Shown here: positions 8,023-11,824 of the stretch, in pieces | Layout: every line of letters starts with the position of its first letter | How positions within the stretch are numbered: position 1 is the stretch's first letter | NCBI GenBank assembly: GCA_964388035.1 | Contig: CAYLZE010000137.1 | Location: 1 to 11,824 of the forward strand | Source of the DNA: an uncultured archaeon | Lineage (GTDB): Archaea > Asgardarchaeota > Lokiarchaeia > Sigyniarchaeales > SOKP01 | Reading direction: 5' to 3' | DNA length: 11,824 nucleotides | Program-made: the position numbers and the translations under genes | Notes under the pieces: generated by a model | Seen by the model: the letters and a program-made list of their open reading frames with translations, nothing else | Told to the model about the DNA's origin: nothing | Database searches by the model: none

Positions 8023-8292
8023 ATGTCTCAGACTAGCCCATTAATCAAATGTCTCTCTGAATGCGATAAATGTACTGAAGTGACTGTTGTTAAAGTGGAA
8101 GCAGGGCTGTCGGCGAAAAGAAGGCTGGCCAATTTAGGTATTATTCCGGGAACGATTATAGTAAAAACAAAATCCGCTCCTTTTCAAGGACCCGTTGAAG
8201 TTTCAGTCAAGGGGACCTCTCTTGTCTTAGGCAGGGGACTTGCTTCAAAAATAATAGTTAAATGTGGAGATTATTGTACCCTCCCCAGCTGA
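8023..8292 (+). CDS. feoA: FeoA-domain (SH3-like) protein, copy 1, cysteine-rich
   Basis: KRRLANLGIIPG, APFQGPVEVSVKG, LVLGRGLASKIIV are the FeoA signature; 89 aa. Confidence 0.92.
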   Translation: MSQTSPLIKCLSECDKCTEVTVVKVEAGLSAKRRLANLGIIPGTIIVKTKSAPFQGPVEVSVKGTSLVLGRGLASKIIVKCGDYCTLPS

Positions 8293-8493
8293 TATAAAAA
8301 ATGCTCATTTTTATATGAGTGGTATTCATATCTTGCAAAATATGAAAGAAAGAGTATTGATTACATTTGAACTTATATGCAAGATACATGATTACCTTTC
8401 TTAATTTTAAAAATTTGAGCAATAAATATAAAAAAATAAAGTTTTAGAATTAAATCTTCATCTTTTTTTAACAAGCACGAACATTTTTAAAGA

Positions 8494-8521
8494 AAAGGTT
8501 TTCCTATTTAGATTTGTCTAA
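8494..8521. promoter_or_regulatory. Tandem DtxR/SirR/MntR-type operator upstream of the ZIP gene
   Basis: TTAGA-TTTG-TCTAA (8508-8521, perfect arms) directly preceded by AAAGG-TTTT-CCTAT (8494-8507), and immediately followed by TATA-like TTTATAT (8523-8529). Confidence 0.62.
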
Positions 8522-8573
8522 GTTTATATGAAGGGATTCATTCTACTTAATAAGTACCCGAATATGGATAAAT

Positions 8574-9344
8574 ATGATAGAAGGTTTATTGTATGGACTA
8601 TTACTTTCTTTAATCGCGGGGTCTTGCACTGCTATAGGGGGATTAGTGGCATTAGTTTTAAGAAAACCAATATCTAGTAATTTTATTTCCATTATAATGG
8701 GATTTTCTGCGGGCGTCATGATTTATATCTCCTTTGTAGAATTATTACAAGAAGGAATACAGTCATTTGGATTAGTCATTGGAAGTTTATTTATGCTTTT
8801 GGGAATGGTAATCATGTATATTATTGACATTTCGATATCGCAGAAATATAGCTTTGAGGAATCAGTACATGAGCAAAAATGCGATGTTATCAATCATAGG
8901 TTAGAGAAGACTTCATTTTTGGTAATTCTTGGGGTATTTATACATAATTTTCCCGAAGGAATGGCTACTATTGCGGGATCTCTTAAAGATCTTCAATTAG
9001 GAACATTGTTAGCTTTTGCAATCGCACTCCACAACATTCCAGAAGGAATAATTATAGCTGTTCCCGTATATCTTTCTACGAATAATAAGAAGAAAGCAAT
9101 TTATTGGTCTTTGATCTCGGGAATGAGTGAACCAGTTGGGGCTCTCATATTTGGAGCAATATTCTTTTCCTTCATTACAGATTTATTACTTGGAGCCTTA
9201 CTCGCCGTGGTGGGAGGCATCATGATTTACATTTCGATTGATGAATTACTACCGGTTTGTCATTTATGGGGAAATGAACACATCTCCATAGTGGGGATAG
9301 CAGGTGGCTTTCTTGTGATGGCTCTGAGTTTAGCTGTATTATAA
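8574..9344 (+). CDS. zupT: ZIP-family divalent metal transporter, ZupT/GufA type
   Basis: GFSAGVMIYISF, TM4 HNFPEG, TM5 ALHNIPEG, SGMSEPVGA, GGIMIYISIDELLP; about 8 TM helices. Confidence 0.93.
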   Translation: MIEGLLYGLLLSLIAGSCTAIGGLVALVLRKPISSNFISIIMGFSAGVMIYISFVELLQEGIQSFGLVIGSLFMLLGMVIMYIIDISISQKYSFEESVHEQKCDVINHRLEKTSFLVILGVFIHNFPEGMATIAGSLKDLQLGTLLAFAIALHNIPEGIIIAVPVYLSTNNKKKAIYWSLISGMSEPVGALIFGAIFFSFITDLLLGALLAVVGGIMIYISIDELLPVCHLWGNEHISIVGIAGGFLVMALSLAVL

Positions 9345-9475
9345 TTCATTTTCTATTCACCATTCTTTTTTTAAGAGATTATTATTATATTTAACGTTAA
9401 GATTTTGATAAATCTTCAAAATTTTAGATCCATATCTATTGGTTAATAATTTAATTAATAATAAATGATCCCCAA

Positions 9476-9489
9476 TTAGATTGACCTAA
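9476..9489. promoter_or_regulatory. DtxR/SirR/MntR-type operator upstream of feoA2
   Basis: TTAGA-TTGA-CCTAA, followed by TATA-like TTAAATAA (9493-9500); ends 60 nt before ATG 9549, similar geometry to the ZIP promoter (53 nt). Confidence 0.6.
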
Positions 9490-9548
9490 AACTTAAATAA
9501 GATTTAAAATTATCATACCTTGAGATACTGAAAATGGTCTGATATAAA

Positions 9549-9809
9549 ATGGACAAATCTTTCCAAAATATAAATAACATTCCTATGTGCTTACATAGTT
9601 GTGAAAGCGGGGTCGAATTGAAAGTGCTTAGAGTTGATGCGGGGATGTCGGCGAAAAGGAGACTTGCTAATTTAGGAATTATCCCGGGTGTAAAAATTAT
9701 CAAAAATAGAGTTGCACCTTTTTGCGGACCTGTTCAGATTTCAGTAAGGGGAAGTTCTCTTGTTTTAGGTAGGGGACTTGCTTCAAAAATAATTGTTATT
9801 GGAAAGTAA
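9549..9809 (+). CDS. feoA: FeoA-domain (SH3-like) protein, copy 2
   Basis: KRRLANLGIIPG, APFCGPVQISVRG, LVLGRGLASKIIV; close paralogue of 8023..8292. Confidence 0.92.
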   Translation: MDKSFQNINNIPMCLHSCESGVELKVLRVDAGMSAKRRLANLGIIPGVKIIKNRVAPFCGPVQISVRGSSLVLGRGLASKIIVIGK

Positions 9810-9820
9810 TTTAAAAGAAG

Positions 9821-9830
9821 TTTTTTTTTT
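9821..9830 (+). terminator. Oligo-T archaeal terminator after feoA2
   Basis: Run of 10 T beginning 12 nt after the stop codon; no + strand gene follows. Confidence 0.55.
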
Positions 9831-10018
9831 AATTTAATTATCTTTTAAAAAAAGAGTTAAGAATATTTGTTGAAAGATCTTAATTCAATTTTGAATAATG
9901 GCTTTAATTTTAAATTAGGGTGAGCATGAGTCTTTGAAATCAAAGCATTGTATTTTGAGAAAGAAAAATGATAAAAAAGGAGACTCATGTAATCTCTTTG
10001 TGGGTTATAATAGATAGA

Positions 10019-10058
10019 TAAAATCATTTTTTAAAGTCTTTTTAAAATCATTTTTTAA
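10019..10058. repeat. 16-bp perfect direct repeat at the 3' end of the LRR gene
   Basis: TAAAATCATTTTTTAA at 10019-10034 and 10043-10058; the second copy contains the LRR gene stop codon. Confidence 0.7.
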
Positions 10059-11649
10059 CCTTACGAGTAATCCATTTAGGAAGACCAAAATTATTAAAGA
10101 GTTGATAATATCGCGCGTGAAGGGCCTCGCTCCTTGCATTTAAGGGGTTACCTTTCAAATCGATTTTTTTGTAATCCTCTACTTGACGGGGGAGCGCCTC
10201 GATATCCGGGAAATCCGCAATCTGGTTGCCATCAAGAACGATATCTTTTAAGGAAGGGATGTAGAGCAAGCTAGCGGGGAATTCCGTGAATTTATTTTCG
10301 CGTAATGCCAGAAATCTCAAGGGAATGCTCTCGGTATACATTTCAGGTATGGAAGAGATAGAATTCTCGGATAACGCCACGTGCTCGAGAGAAGGGTGAT
10401 GCAAGAGCCATTCAGGAACCTCACAGAGCTTGTTAGCAGATAAATTTATCGTTTTAAGATTTGGAAGACAATGCGAAAGATCGGGCAATTCGGACAGCTC
10501 ATTCTTATTAAGTTCCAATTTTTCAAGGGCTCGAAGGGAAAGCACCTGTTCGGGAAAAGAGGTGAGGTCGCACCCGGTCATGTCCAAGACTTTTAGATTT
10601 TGCAGTTTTCGGAAAGATTCAGGAAGCCCCTTTAAATTATTATAATTAAGACAGAGATCTTTTAAATTGCACAAGTCTCCGAAGTTATCGGGCAGCGCCT
10701 CCAAATCCGTATAAATGAGATGTAGGTCTTCTAACGACACCATTTCCGAAAACCATACAGGTAGGCTCTTGAGTGGATTTTTGCCAATTTTCAGGTTCCT
10801 TAAAGTAGTCAATTCCTTCAGCCATTTGGGAAGAGTGGACAAGTTATCGGACATTAAATCCAATTCCTTGATTCCTTTAAGCTCTCTCAAGCAAGAAGGC
10901 AAGCCGCTGGATTTAATTTGAGAATTAGAAAATAACCTCAATTTTGAGATGGTGCCCGTTCTGAAATCGAATTCCACACGATAGAGAGCCGGATTCGAGA
11001 GTATGGGCAAGTTATATTTTTCCACGAGCTCCTCGAGTATTTCCCGCTCCCTCGGCAACAGGAAGTCAAGCTTTTCTTGCCATTCAAACTCAGAATCAAT
11101 GAGCCCATTCAAATACCCCCATAAATTCTGATTAGTCGAGGCTTTAAGCCGTTCCAGCAGCTCTTCCCGATAGCGCATGCGTGCCCGAGAGTTTATCTCA
11201 CCTAATGCTTTAAGCAAGGGATACGAGAGGCGGTAATCCAGGAGGCGGGTGTCGAAATCATGCTCCACCCATGCTTGTAAATTGGAACAGTTCACGAAAA
11301 AATCCAACTCGCCCACATCCTCGCCATTTATCCGCTCAGGGGGCTCTCTTTCGAGAGTAAAGTCCAGGTGGTCGATGATGTCATTGATTGATTCGATCTG
11401 CTTGAATTTGGGCATGTCCTCGGCGGGAATGGCAATGGGCACGAATCGACATGTCATGAATCTCTCTCCATTAATGAAAATAAAAGATTTACCATCGATG
11501 AGATTGACGGTAAATAGCTCCTTGCCCCGACGGTCTCTAAAGACCATCGATTTTTTAATGCGGCGGAGCCAAGGAGAGGAAATTGAAGTCATGGTATCAA
11601 TCTGCTTTTTTATTTTTTTATTTTTATTTTTATTCTTTTTAGTTCTCAT
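10048..11649 (-). CDS. Leucine-rich repeat protein (about 11-12 repeats of 23 aa) with an N-terminal non-LRR domain of the kind seen in Lokiarchaeia
   Basis: C-terminal about 300 aa is regular LxxLxLxxNxLxxLPxxLxxLxx, ending in IDLKGNPL. N-terminal domain contains CSNLQAWVEHDFDTRLLDYRLSYPLLKAL. The start is uncertain: 11649, 11592 or 11547. Confidence 0.88.
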   Translation of the reverse strand: MRTKKNKNKNKKIKKQIDTMTSISSPWLRRIKKSMVFRDRRGKELFTVNLIDGKSFIFINGERFMTCRFVPIAIPAEDMPKFKQIESINDIIDHLDFTLEREPPERINGEDVGELDFFVNCSNLQAWVEHDFDTRLLDYRLSYPLLKALGEINSRARMRYREELLERLKASTNQNLWGYLNGLIDSEFEWQEKLDFLLPREREILEELVEKYNLPILSNPALYRVEFDFRTGTISKLRLFSNSQIKSSGLPSCLRELKGIKELDLMSDNLSTLPKWLKELTTLRNLKIGKNPLKSLPVWFSEMVSLEDLHLIYTDLEALPDNFGDLCNLKDLCLNYNNLKGLPESFRKLQNLKVLDMTGCDLTSFPEQVLSLRALEKLELNKNELSELPDLSHCLPNLKTINLSANKLCEVPEWLLHHPSLEHVALSENSISSIPEMYTESIPLRFLALRENKFTEFPASLLYIPSLKDIVLDGNQIADFPDIEALPRQVEDYKKIDLKGNPLNARSEALHARYYQLFNNFGLPKWITRKVKK

Positions 11650-11824
11650 GGTGTAAATAGAAACGAGAGAATAAAAAGATTCGGACTACATGAGATTTGA
11701 AATTTCTTGCCTTTTCATTCCTCCATGTAATGCGGGACGTCATCAAAAGGCAAATTCCAAACTTTACCAAGAGATAAGGTCGATCAAAAATACCAAAATG
11801 CGTTAAAGTCATATTGTGTTTTTT

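Noticed and set aside
9425-9438. TAGAT-CCAT-ATCTA palindrome upstream of feoA2 as another DtxR box
   Set aside because: Half-site spacing differs from the other boxes (TTAGA-N6-TCTAT) and short AT-rich palindromes are expected by chance.
11606-11640. (TTTTTA)n low-complexity tract read as the KKNKNKNKKIKK N-terminus of the LRR protein, suggestive of a localisation signal
   Set aside because: It may be non-coding AT-rich leader sequence with the true start at 11592 or 11547, so no functional claim is supportable.
6063-11656. Antisense ORFs 6063-6281, 9476-9703, 10430-10645, 10715-10921 and 11249-11656
   Set aside because: Shadow ORFs opposite larE, feoA2 and the LRR gene, with no independent coding signal.
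1-11824. tRNA, rRNA, CRISPR array, transposase, integrase or in-frame selenocysteine recoding
   Set aside because: No cloverleaf, spaced repeat array or mobile-element ORF was seen by eye, and the proteins appear complete at their stop codons.

Overview
AT-rich archaeal window, most likely from an Asgard archaeon (Lokiarchaeia-like). That assignment is inferred from a recalled Loki-type LRR protein and the archaeal lipid genes. From left to right: (1) a co-directional ether-lipid cluster of a 5'-truncated CTP-dependent polyprenol/dolichol/DAG-kinase-family gene, geranylgeranyl reductase, GGGP synthase and DGGGP synthase; (2) an orphan membrane protein with a HAAS/DUF1700-like N-terminus; (3) a CxxC...C-type LarE convergent with a PurM/HypE-like AIR-synthase-related protein; (4) a feoA - ZIP(ZupT/GufA) - feoA cassette with no feoB in the window, where the zupT and feoA2 promoters carry a 14-bp TTAGR-N4-YCTAA palindrome resembling DtxR/SirR/MntR boxes and feoA1 a degenerate version; (5) a higher-GC LRR gene with an uncharacterised N-terminal domain and repeats at its flanks. 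The best candidate for an undescribed system is the FeoB-less, apparently metal-regulated FeoA/ZIP cassette, followed by the lipid kinase embedded in the ether-lipid operon. All family calls come from motif recognition by eye; no database searches were run.
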